A DNA stretch of 55,918 bases from Candidatus Micrarchaeia archaeon (GTDB lineage: Archaea > Micrarchaeota > Micrarchaeia > Micrarchaeales > CABMGC01). The translations under genes were made by a program, and so were the position numbers. Positions 46,651 through 55,008 of this stretch are shown piece after piece. The stretch's first letter is position 1, and each line of letters opens with the position of its first letter. The stretch spans positions 1-55,918 of the forward strand of contig JBMFIM010000003.1 in assembly GCA_049976305.1 (NCBI GenBank). Direction: 5' to 3'. The notes beneath the pieces are model-generated. The model was not told the DNA's origin. It ran no database searches and saw only the letters and a list, made by a program, of their open reading frames with translations.

Positions 46651-46914
46651 ATGTCCTTTTACGGATTTGTGCTGATATCTTTTGCCATTGCTTCTCTGCT
46701 TGCGTTTTCGACGCTCTTGCACTTGCAAAGCGCTGCCCTGCAGGCAATTCAGCATGCAAATTACGAAAGCGAATATTTAAGGTGCCTTGTTGCAGGCGGA
46801 GCGCGTTCAAGCCAGCTGGCATTACTATATGGCTTATACTTCAATTGTACAAGCAACCTGTGCTTAGCCTGCGATAAGTCGAGGCTAGTCTGCGCTTCTT
46901 TTGTCAATTCTTAA
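46651..46914 (+). CDS. Small membrane-anchored Cys-rich pilus-operon protein
   Basis: Hydrophobic N-terminus; ATG 1 nt after the previous stop. Confidence 0.55.
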   Translation: MSFYGFVLISFAIASLLAFSTLLHLQSAALQAIQHANYESEYLRCLVAGGARSSQLALLYGLYFNCTSNLCLACDKSRLVCASFVNS

Positions 46915-46937
46915 AATACTTTTCAGCGCAAGAAGAT

Positions 46938-47411
46938 ATGATTAGCATGGCAAAAAGGAAGTGTGTGTTCTGCGACATTGTGGCTGGAAAGGTGAAGGCA
47001 TACATAGTCTATGAAGACAACGATGTGCTTGCATTTTTGCACAAAAACGCATATTCAGAAGGCCATACTGTTATAATTCCAAAAAAGCATTATGAAACAA
47101 TCTACGATTTGCCGGAAGAGTTATTCTGCAAGATAGTCAGCGTTGCGCAAAAGCTTGCCACATTTTACAAGAAGGAGCTTAAGTGCGAGAGCGTCAACCT
47201 CTTGCATGCATCAGGCAAGCTGGCTGGGCAAAGTGTTATGCACTTTCACCTTCACCTAGTTCCAAGATACAAGAAAGATCAACTTGGCAGCCTTTGGTAT
47301 GCGCCAAAAGACCGGTGCATAAACAATCTGCTGGTATATGGCAGGCTGACAACCTCCAAGTACTACAAGTCCCTTGGCAGCAAAGCAAAGCCTAAGTTTC
47401 AGACCGCCTAG
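46938..47411 (+). CDS. HIT-family hydrolase
   Basis: CVFC, GHTVIIPKKH, AGQSVMHFHLHLVPR. Confidence 0.93.
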   Translation: MISMAKRKCVFCDIVAGKVKAYIVYEDNDVLAFLHKNAYSEGHTVIIPKKHYETIYDLPEELFCKIVSVAQKLATFYKKELKCESVNLLHASGKLAGQSVMHFHLHLVPRYKKDQLGSLWYAPKDRCINNLLVYGRLTTSKYYKSLGSKAKPKFQTA

Positions 47412-47482
47412 CTCTCTTCATAGCAAATGCTCAGCGATCACCTATATCATCACGTTTTAAATATGAGAGGCAAAGTTATTAT

Positions 47483-48130
47483 ATGCAAAGCCTTCTTAGC
47501 AAGTACAAGCTTTTCGTGTTCGATTGGGACAACACGCTCGTAAGCACTAATTTCCTAATAAATGTCTCCCATCTTTTCAAGCCAAGATACATAAAATACT
47601 CCAAGATGCCTAGCTATCAAGCCGGCATCCAAGCAAAGCCGGTGAAAATAGACGAGAAGGCTTTGGAAGTTGAGAGCAAGGTTTATTCGAAGCTTTTTGA
47701 CATTTACCTCATGTTTTTCAAGCCAAAGCCTAAGCCTTATGCCAAGGATGTGCTTCGTCTGCTTAAAAGTGCGGGCAAAAAACTGGCAGTTTTTAGCGAT
47801 GGCAAAGGCTACAGGGTAATAAATGAAGCAAGGCTTCAAGGCCTGCTGAATTACTTCGACATTATTTTGAGCGCGGACATGGTAAACGCATATAAGCCCA
47901 ACCCAGCTCCCATCTTGGCTTTGGCTGAGAGATTCCACGTAAGCAGAAAGGAACTGCTCTATGTAGGTGATATGGTCATAGACATAGCTACCGCAAGATC
48001 CGCAGGCGTCGATGTTTGTGCAATAGCAGACGGGCTCAGCCCTTACACTGCGCTAAAACAGGCGAGGCCCACTTACCTTATAGGCTCTTTGGAATCGCTG
48101 TTCCGCCTTCTAGAAAAGCAAAAAGATTAA
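47483..48130 (+). CDS. HAD-family hydrolase
   Basis: FDWDNTL, KPNP, YVGDMxxD. Confidence 0.9.
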   Translation: MQSLLSKYKLFVFDWDNTLVSTNFLINVSHLFKPRYIKYSKMPSYQAGIQAKPVKIDEKALEVESKVYSKLFDIYLMFFKPKPKPYAKDVLRLLKSAGKKLAVFSDGKGYRVINEARLQGLLNYFDIILSADMVNAYKPNPAPILALAERFHVSRKELLYVGDMVIDIATARSAGVDVCAIADGLSPYTALKQARPTYLIGSLESLFRLLEKQKD

Positions 48131-48155
48131 TTTGTTGATTCTCAAGTATTAAGCG

Positions 48156-49199
48156 ATGCGCGCACAGTCTTCTATCGAGTTCCTAAGCGTATACGGTTTC
48201 ATGTTCATAGTTATAGCAATAGTAATCGCAATCCTGGCGTTCATAACTGTCTCGCCGCTTGTTTACTCTCCTTCCCAATGCAACGCTTTCTCGGGCCCTT
48301 ACTGTGCATTTGTGCAGATTTACTCAAACTCCTCCGGCCATTTTTCTCTTTATACCTTCGTATTAACTAACACGCAGAGCGTGCCCATAAACATAACAAG
48401 CTTCAATGTAACAGTGCACGGCGTTTCCTCTTCATCAGCCACATGCACGCCAAGCTACCTTGTTCCAGGGCAAAGCGCAGATTGCGTGGCTTTCTTTCAC
48501 GCCTCGCCACCGCTCGCTACTTATGTGCAGGGGTTCTATTATGCCAATGCAACATACTGCAACTCTGGCTTGAATGGCGTGGCTAACTCAAATTGTGTTT
48601 TTGTCAAAACAAACTACAGCGGCTCTTTTGCGGCGCCCGCCGAGCCCTCGCTGGTAATACCGGTAACTATGTTTGCATTGCAAGGTCCTAAGAATGTACA
48701 GCTCGCACCCTATTCCACAGTGCCAATTTTGCCTAATTATCAAGTAATCCAAAGCGGCTTCCTATCGATGAACCTTTCAAACAAGGTTTTTGAATACGCC
48801 TTTGGAACGCCAGGTTATATAGGCAACATATACCTCGGCCTAAAGGTAGCTCCTTTTCCTAGTTCTGTAAACTCACTGAATAACCTTTTAGCGTGCGGTT
48901 ATCCATTCGACTCTACATATTCTATCTTTGCTACAACCTTGTATTTGGCAAGCCCAGCCAGGCTCAATGTCTCCATAGTCACCGATGACGCAATGGAAGT
49001 CTACTATAAGCCTTCTACTGCCTTGTCTTGGTCGTCAGCTTTCAAGGGTGGCGCATGGCACGGGCAAGGCGCAACACAATATACCAACAACGGCGTAGTA
49101 GTAGGTAGCGGCTTGTACAATTTAGAGATATTGTGGAGTAATGATTGCGGGCCTGGCGTGCAGGTGTTGAAAATATCAAACTTCTCATCAAGCGTTTAG
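48156..49199 (+). CDS. Pilin-like protein with C-terminal PA14-like domain
   Basis: MRA-QSSIEF class III signal; IVTDDAMEVY and GLYNLEILWSNDCGPG resemble PA14 motifs. Confidence 0.75.
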   Translation: MRAQSSIEFLSVYGFMFIVIAIVIAILAFITVSPLVYSPSQCNAFSGPYCAFVQIYSNSSGHFSLYTFVLTNTQSVPINITSFNVTVHGVSSSSATCTPSYLVPGQSADCVAFFHASPPLATYVQGFYYANATYCNSGLNGVANSNCVFVKTNYSGSFAAPAEPSLVIPVTMFALQGPKNVQLAPYSTVPILPNYQVIQSGFLSMNLSNKVFEYAFGTPGYIGNIYLGLKVAPFPSSVNSLNNLLACGYPFDSTYSIFATTLYLASPARLNVSIVTDDAMEVYYKPSTALSWSSAFKGGAWHGQGATQYTNNGVVVGSGLYNLEILWSNDCGPGVQVLKISNFSSSV

Positions 49200-50242
49200 T
49201 TGTTTTGTGCAACAAGCTGCTTTCCTATCGCTGCTATGTTGCCAAAGCTTTTTAGCTGCATGCCTGCATCATCTTCTGAATTGAATATCTTTATAGGAAC
49301 CTTGTTTACATAGGCTTCTTTGAGAACTTGCTTGATATCTTCTTCGTTTATCACGCTGTCATTGACAAGCACTACCCCTGCTTGATAGCTCTCTATGGCT
49401 TGCCTTACCTTTTCTACCCCTGAAAAAGAAGCTCCGAACGTCAGGCCCTTTAGGAAGAGGTTTATGTAATCAAACTCCTCCTTGACCTTTTCCTTTTCAA
49501 GAAACTTGCCAAGCTCCTCGCTCCCTAAGGCCTCTTTTATGCCGCTTATTTCGGTATCGCTGGCATTCACCCAAAAAAGCTTCTTGCCCAATTCAAGCCT
49601 GCTTGCTTGCATGTATGCTTTCAAGTCTTCCTTTGTGAACCCGGGCCCTGCAACCACTACCGTGTCAACTTTCATGTCCTTTATCTTCTGCGCAACCTGC
49701 TGCAAAAATTTTGCCTTTTCTTTTTCATATTCGCTCTGCTTCATCTTTTTGCTGAGCTTGCTGTAGATCTCTGCGGCTATGCTTATTCCATAACCTTTCA
49801 CATATGCAAAAACTGCCTTCTCGTCGTCTATTGCCACGACCCCGAGCCTGGGCCTTTTGCTAGCTTCCACAGCGTCGCGTATCATGGCTCTCAGATAATC
49901 AGGCCATTCCTGTTTTGCTATTGCTATGCGCTCTCCGGTTTGCAGGTTCAGCGTGTGATAGCTTCCTATTGCGACGTACTGCTCCGGCTTGCCTCTTGTT
50001 ATTTTTCCAGTAAGCCTGAGCCTCTCTGCATTCTTGTCAAGCTCTATCTTTTCCACGCTTATTTCTACAACTACCTCTTTCTGCTCGCCCTCGTCGCTTT
50101 CGCTTGGTCTGTAGCGCCTGTAGCTTTTTGCCTCTACTTTGTCGCCAGGCGAGATTATCCTTGCCAGCAGATAGAGGTCGTCTAGCGTGTCAGCCACTAT
50201 AGATAGCGTGTTTGTGGCCTCGTTGAAGTTTATTACTCTCAT
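49196..50242 (-). CDS. pelA: Pelota (Dom34) ribosome rescue factor
   Basis: DDLY.L..II..GD, LRLTGKI, GSYHTL, AGPGFTK, GMQLKSFG.IAA. Confidence 0.95.
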   Translation of the reverse strand: MRVINFNEATNTLSIVADTLDDLYLLARIISPGDKVEAKSYRRYRPSESDEGEQKEVVVEISVEKIELDKNAERLRLTGKITRGKPEQYVAIGSYHTLNLQTGERIAIAKQEWPDYLRAMIRDAVEASKRPRLGVVAIDDEKAVFAYVKGYGISIAAEIYSKLSKKMKQSEYEKEKAKFLQQVAQKIKDMKVDTVVVAGPGFTKEDLKAYMQASRLELGKKLFWVNASDTEISGIKEALGSEELGKFLEKEKVKEEFDYINLFLKGLTFGASFSGVEKVRQAIESYQAGVVLVNDSVINEEDIKQVLKEAYVNKVPIKIFNSEDDAGMQLKSFGNIAAIGKQLVAQNN

Positions 50243-50259
50243 TTTCCTCCTCTTCGGTT

Positions 50260-50940
50260 ATGCCATCAAAATTAATAAAACAAATGCAAAATTATAGCAT
50301 GTATTTCCTGCTATCGCTTCTCAGCCTCTTCCATCTTTCCTATTCGTTACTTGCTGGCCTCATTTCAAAATATGGCTACCTTGCCCTTTTCGGGCTTCTC
50401 ATTTTGGAAGCAGCTTCTTTTCCTGTGCCCAGCGAGGTGATATTGCCCCTTACAGGCTATTTTATCTATTCTAAGCTTCTAAACCCATTCATTGCTTTCG
50501 CTGCAATAATTCTTGGAGGAATTGTGGGCATGGCTTTGGATTACTATCTTGCATATTTCATAGGCAAGGATGTTGTGTACAGGCACCTTGCCATATTTCA
50601 CATAAGCAGGGAAAAGCTCGATGCATTTGACAGGTGGTTTGCAAAGAACGGCCCGTTTACTGTCTTTGCGTCAAGGCTTATGCCATTGATAAGAGGCTTG
50701 ATAAACTTCCCGGCCGGCTTCGCGCTTATGTCCCAAAGGAAGTTCTTTTCATATTCTATAGCAGGCACTGTAATATGGGATGTTTTCCTAATTTCCTTCG
50801 GCTATTTCGTTAGCAAGTACGAGCTTGGCATAAGCAACTTTTATCTTCTCTTCAGCATTGTGGGTTTGAGCATAGGCCTTCTTGCCATACTGCTGTTTCT
50901 CATATACCGCTATGCAATGAGGAGAATCTCCTCTTCCTGA
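50260..50940 (+). CDS. DedA-family membrane protein
   Basis: LE...FPVPSEVILP..G, F..R..P..R, PAG motifs. Confidence 0.92.
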   Translation: MPSKLIKQMQNYSMYFLLSLLSLFHLSYSLLAGLISKYGYLALFGLLILEAASFPVPSEVILPLTGYFIYSKLLNPFIAFAAIILGGIVGMALDYYLAYFIGKDVVYRHLAIFHISREKLDAFDRWFAKNGPFTVFASRLMPLIRGLINFPAGFALMSQRKFFSYSIAGTVIWDVFLISFGYFVSKYELGISNFYLLFSIVGLSIGLLAILLFLIYRYAMRRISSS

Positions 50941-50942
50941 GT

Positions 50943-51275
50943 TCAGCTTTCGCCTTTGCTCCCTTCTTGCGAAGGACCTAGCGTGTAGTGCCTTACTACC
51001 TTTATGACCTGCTCTATTGCCTTCTTTATCTCGCTGTTAGTCTTTGCCCCGGTGCAGATTATCTTTCCGTTCTTGAAAAGCAGCAATGCGACCTTTGGGT
51101 TGTGGATCTTGTAGATTGCGCCTGGGAACTGCTCAGGCTCATAGTCGACGTCGGGCGAGGCCTTGGCTATTGCATACAGATCCAGCTCTACGCCAAGGTC
51201 AGCGCTTGCTACTATGTTTTCCACCTTGAAATTAGGCTTTAATACAGGGGTCTTAGACTTTGCCTCTTTTGCCAT
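50943..51275 (-). CDS. TATA-binding-protein homolog comprising only one TBP repeat (110 aa)
   Basis: ENIVAS..L...LDL...A......YEPEQFPG.IY....PK...LLFKNGKIICTGAK occurs once; ATG 51275 with TATATAAA upstream (51310-51317, minus strand). Confidence 0.88.
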   Translation of the reverse strand: MAKEAKSKTPVLKPNFKVENIVASADLGVELDLYAIAKASPDVDYEPEQFPGAIYKIHNPKVALLLFKNGKIICTGAKTNSEIKKAIEQVIKVVRHYTLGPSQEGSKGES

Positions 51276-51373
51276 TTTACCACTTAGCACAACAATTTTA
51301 ACTGCATACTTTATATACCTGCTAGAAAGAAATATATTTGCTTCTTTATAAATCTTACTCAAAGGTGTTTTAG

Positions 51374-51724
51374 ATGGAAAGATCGCATGGCCTATTTTCA
51401 GGAAGGACCAGGCACTTGGCAAGGCATCACAAGCCTTCTAAACTGGGATTGACAAAGCTTGTAAAGAGCTTTGAAATAGGAGACAAGGTTGCCATAGTCC
51501 CGAAAGGCAATTTCAGGAATATACCGCACCCCAGGTATAGGGGCAAGGTTGGCGTTATAAAGGGCAAGCGCGGCGATGCTTACGAGGTAGAAATTTGGGT
51601 ATCGAAGACTACAAGGCGCTTGCTTATTGTGCCGCAAGAGCACCTTGAGCCTGTAAGCAGCAAAAAAGAAACATCGAAAGAGCCTGCAAAAGTAACAGAG
51701 CAGGTTCCTATGAAGCAGCAATAG
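51374..51724 (+). CDS. rpl21e: 50S ribosomal protein L21e
   Basis: RSHG...RTR, F.IGDKV.I, PHPRYRGKVG.I, EHL. Confidence 0.95.
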   Translation: MERSHGLFSGRTRHLARHHKPSKLGLTKLVKSFEIGDKVAIVPKGNFRNIPHPRYRGKVGVIKGKRGDAYEVEIWVSKTTRRLLIVPQEHLEPVSSKKETSKEPAKVTEQVPMKQQ

Positions 51725-51794
51725 TCCCGGTCGGATTCGAACCGGCGTAGCAGGCTCCAAAGGCCTGCGTCCTTGGCCACTAGACGACGGGACT
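51722..51794 (-). tRNA. tRNA-Gln(TTG)
   Basis: AGTCCCG/CGGGACT acceptor (A1-U72); CAGGC-CTTTGGA-GCCTG; one T-stem mismatch. Confidence 0.93.
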
Positions 51795-51849
51795 ATACTA
51801 TTATATTTTGCGCAGCAGCCTTAAAATTTTATCTGCTTTAATCTTTCCC

Positions 51850-52566
51850 ATGACGCAGCTTTTGTATCTTGACGACCCGTATCTGAAGGAGATAGATGCC
51901 CAAATAGTAAAAGCAGATGGCAACAAGGTAGTGCTCGACAAAACTATATTCTATCCAGGCGGAGGCGGCCAGCCAGCAGATACAGGCACTATTCTCATTG
52001 AGGGAAAGGCGATGAAGGTATTGGGCATGGAGAAGGCAGATGGCGAAGTGTTCCATGTCCTCGAAGCGCCTTTGGAAGAAGGCACAAAAGTGCATTGTGC
52101 TATAGACTGGGAAAAGCGGTACAAGTACATGCGCTACCACACAGCAATCCACATAATCGACGGAGTAATGGTGAAGGAATACGGTGCGGGCCTCTCTACC
52201 GGCGGTCAAATCTTTGAGGATAGGGCAAGGGTGGATTTTGACATGCCTCAGCTAAACAGGCAGTTGGCTGAGGAGATTATCGTAAAGGCCAACAGGGTAG
52301 TGGAGCAGGGGCTGAGCGTAAAGATAAGGTATCTAACAAAGGATGAGGCTTTGAAGGTTGAAAACTTGGCAAGGACCGAGCCTGGAAGAAAGCTCATAGA
52401 AAGCTTGGACAAGGTAAGAATAATCGATATAGAGGGTCTGGACTTTCAAGCAGATGGCGGCTGCCATGTGGCAAATACCAAGGAAGTGGGCAAAATAGCC
52501 TTGCTGGGATTTGAGAACAAAGGAAGCCACCACAAGAGAATTGAGATAAAGCTTGAAGGAACTTGA
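51850..52566 (+). CDS. alaXM: Alanyl-tRNA editing protein AlaX-M
   Basis: LYLDD, FYPGGGGQPAD, HTAIH, ADGGCHV. Confidence 0.92.
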   Translation: MTQLLYLDDPYLKEIDAQIVKADGNKVVLDKTIFYPGGGGQPADTGTILIEGKAMKVLGMEKADGEVFHVLEAPLEEGTKVHCAIDWEKRYKYMRYHTAIHIIDGVMVKEYGAGLSTGGQIFEDRARVDFDMPQLNRQLAEEIIVKANRVVEQGLSVKIRYLTKDEALKVENLARTEPGRKLIESLDKVRIIDIEGLDFQADGGCHVANTKEVGKIALLGFENKGSHHKRIEIKLEGT

Positions 52567-52573
52567 GTAAAGT

Positions 52574-52975
52574 TTAAAGCTCTTTTGTTTCTCTGTCTAC
52601 TTCCTTGTTCTCAAAAGCGAGGACTGCTTTTTTGAGTGCTCTCAAGGAAAGGGTCGCACAATGGAGCCTTGCCGGGCCGGGCTCTATCCCTATGATCTTG
52701 AAAAGATCTTCCTTGCCCATCTTCTCTATATTGCTAAGGCTTTTCCCCTTTATCTCTTCAAGCAGCAAATCTGCTGAGCCCATCGATATTATGCAGCCAT
52801 TGCCCTCGAATTTTGCATCCTCTATTTTGCCATCTTTTATCTTCAGGTAGACTGTGATTGTGTCTCCGCACGATACGTTTTCTTCATGCATGCTTATGCT
52901 TGCATTATTGAGCTTGCCTTTCTCATGCGGATGCTCATACCTGCTTATCAGCTCCTCGCCGTAAATATCAAGCAT
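52574..52975 (-). CDS. Fe-S cluster scaffold IscU/SufU (NifU-N)
   Basis: N.SCGD, F.G.GC.IS, R.HCA. Confidence 0.92.
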   Translation of the reverse strand: MLDIYGEELISRYEHPHEKGKLNNASISMHEENVSCGDTITVYLKIKDGKIEDAKFEGNGCIISMGSADLLLEEIKGKSLSNIEKMGKEDLFKIIGIEPGPARLHCATLSLRALKKAVLAFENKEVDRETKEL

Positions 52976-53533
52976 TCAATCCACCTTCATCCAACGCTTG
53001 AGGAAAGGAAGAATCCTTATTCCAAGTTTTGCAAATGCGTTCCTGTAAGCATATATGAAATAGGAGATTATTAAGCTGATCGTTGCCCCCGCAATTATGT
53101 CGGTGAAGTAGTGTAAGCCAAGGTAGATTCTGCCGAACAGTATTGCAACGAGCCATATGATATAGGCGATTCTCACGTACTTGTACTTGCCCATGAAGAG
53201 AGCAAGGCCTGTCAGCACAGATGCGTGGTTTGAGGGAAATGAATAGCTGCTTTCGCAATAAGGAGCATTTATCCAGGAAAGCTCTGGCACGTTGCAAGGC
53301 CTTGGCTCCTTTACTATGAATTTCACCGTGTCGCTAACAATGTAAAGCAGAATGCCAGCCGCAACGAGCGCAAACACATTTGTGTCTTTCTTGAGAAGCA
53401 TGTAGATGACTATGAGAGGCAGCACGAGCAGGAAGCTTTCCGTAAGCACGTGCATTGCAGTGTTCATAGCTGGGCTAGCCACAGAGTCTGCAAGCTTGAA
53501 CGCCTCTATGTTTAATTGAGCGATTATGCCCAT
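52976..53533 (-). CDS. PAP2-family membrane phosphatase
   Basis: KxxxxxxRP, SFPSNH, RIYLGLHYFTD. Confidence 0.92.
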   Translation of the reverse strand: MGIIAQLNIEAFKLADSVASPAMNTAMHVLTESFLLVLPLIVIYMLLKKDTNVFALVAAGILLYIVSDTVKFIVKEPRPCNVPELSWINAPYCESSYSFPSNHASVLTGLALFMGKYKYVRIAYIIWLVAILFGRIYLGLHYFTDIIAGATISLIISYFIYAYRNAFAKLGIRILPFLKRWMKVD

Positions 53534-53566
53534 CGAATCTTAATACTTATCTTGCTAAATCTTATT

Positions 53567-53932
53567 ATGCTTCGCGTTTACGTTGACACGAGCTCGCTGC
53601 TTTTCGGGTTCAGAAACAAGCACAATCCGATCGATGCAATATCCGACGAGTTCTACGGTGCGAAGATTGTGGTTTCCGAGGGGGTAGTTGAGGAGCTCAA
53701 AAAGCTGGCAGAGAGCAAAAAAGCAATCGCCTCAGCGGCGAGGGTCGCGCTAAACGCCCTTCAAGACAGCGGCGTAGAGATAGAGAAAAATAGAGAAATG
53801 CCTGACAAGTGGCTTCTCAAGCTGAAAGGCAGGTTTGTTGTCGTATGCACCAACGATGCAAAGCTCAAGGAGCAGCTTAGGAAGAAGGGCATCAGAGTTG
53901 TAAGCATGGCAAGATCGGGCAATATAAGATAG
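53567..53932 (+). CDS. PIN-domain protein (Fcf1/Utp24-like)
   Basis: VDTS, VVEEL, D, CTND..LK; position before rpoE1 matches conserved archaeal context. Confidence 0.88.
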   Translation: MLRVYVDTSSLLFGFRNKHNPIDAISDEFYGAKIVVSEGVVEELKKLAESKKAIASAARVALNALQDSGVEIEKNREMPDKWLLKLKGRFVVVCTNDAKLKEQLRKKGIRVVSMARSGNIR

Positions 53933-54038
53933 TAAGCAGAGCCTTAGTTTACAAAATCACAAAAATTAATGAGAAAATTGAAATAAAAACGATCATATAT
54001 AAATCTGGAGCTGCACAATAAATATTGCTTGTTTTGGT

Positions 54039-54075
54039 GCAAAGCCCACCACCCACCACCGCTTTGCCCTTTTTC
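54039..54075 (+). ncRNA. Hairpin with C-rich loop followed by U-tract (putative sRNA)
   Basis: GCAAAGC-CCACCACCCACCACC-GCTTTGC, then T-rich 54070-54099; TATA ATATATAAA at 53995-54003. Confidence 0.4.
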
Positions 54076-54217
54076 TTTTCTGTTTTTGTGTTTTGTTTTC
54101 CCGCTCAGGTTGTAAGCACCTAATTTAAGCTTGAACTGCGCTCCACAGCAGGTCTTTGGGTTATCTATTTATATACTTATTTTTGTTAATTTAGGTATGC
54201 TTATTTTAGGTGGTTAG

Positions 54218-54793
54218 TTGTATTATGTAACAACCGTAAAAGACAGCGTAAGTGTGCCACCGAAGTATGTAGGCAAGGAGATTGTTGATTCTGTCACTGA
54301 CATACTTCGCAGCAAGTACGAGAGGACAATAGACAAGGGCTTGGGCCTTATACTTGTAGTCTTCAATGTGCGCGACGTAAGCGAAGGCTACATATTGCCT
54401 GAAGACCCAAACATACACTACCATGTAACGTTTGATGTTTTGTCATTCAGCGCTAGCGTAGAGGAGGTCTTCGCCGGCGAGGTTTCTGAACTTGCAGAGT
54501 ACGGCGCATTTGTAAGGATAGGCCCGATGGACGCCCTGGTTCACCTTTCCCAAATTACTACTGACTTTGTCAGCTTTGACAGGAAAGCAGGCGTTCTTAT
54601 ATCAAAAGCCACTAAGAAGACGCTGAAAAAGGGCGATGTGGTATATGCAAAGGTTTCTACTGTAAGCTTTGGCAATACGCCGCAATCTGTAAAGATAGCA
54701 TTGACAATGAGGCCAGAGGGCCTAGGCAAGCTTGAATGGCTTACTGAAGCTCCTGAAAAGGAGAAGGCCAAGGCGAAGAAACAGAAGAAGTGA
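54218..54793 (+). CDS. rpoE1: DNA-directed RNA polymerase subunit E' (Rpo7)
   Basis: D.V.VPP, S1 domain YGAFVRIGPMDALVHLSQI, LTMRPEGLGK; TTG start with SD AGGTGG. Confidence 0.95.
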   Translation: MYYVTTVKDSVSVPPKYVGKEIVDSVTDILRSKYERTIDKGLGLILVVFNVRDVSEGYILPEDPNIHYHVTFDVLSFSASVEEVFAGEVSELAEYGAFVRIGPMDALVHLSQITTDFVSFDRKAGVLISKATKKTLKKGDVVYAKVSTVSFGNTPQSVKIALTMRPEGLGKLEWLTEAPEKEKAKAKKQKK

Positions 54794-54797
54794 TTAA

Positions 54798-54992
54798 ATG
54801 GCAGAGAAAGCGTGTTTGAACTGTAAGCACATCATTTCGCAGGGCGATGTATGCCCAATCTGCGGCGGCACAAAATTCACTACCAAGTGGAGCGGATACG
54901 TGATAATAATCAATGCGGAGAAATCAGAGCTAGCAAAGAAACTGGGGATAAAGGTAAACGGAGTATATGCGCTGAACGTTGAGGAAGGCTAG
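54798..54992 (+). CDS. spt4: Transcription elongation factor Spt4 (RpoE'')
   Basis: ACLNC...CPICG...WSG..III....S.LA. Confidence 0.95.
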   Translation: MAEKACLNCKHIISQGDVCPICGGTKFTTKWSGYVIIINAEKSELAKKLGIKVNGVYALNVEEG

Positions 54993-55008
54993 CTTTCTTT
55001 TTCTTCTT

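Noticed and set aside
41374-46914. Archaellum or conjugation system
   Set aside because: No archaellin, ArlH, ArlF/G, VirB4 or relaxase is present; the content fits an adhesive type IV pilus.
51276-51422. Upstream in-frame extension of the TBP ORF as a missing first repeat
   Set aside because: The sequence is not TBP-like, spans two TATA boxes and overlaps the rpl21e start.
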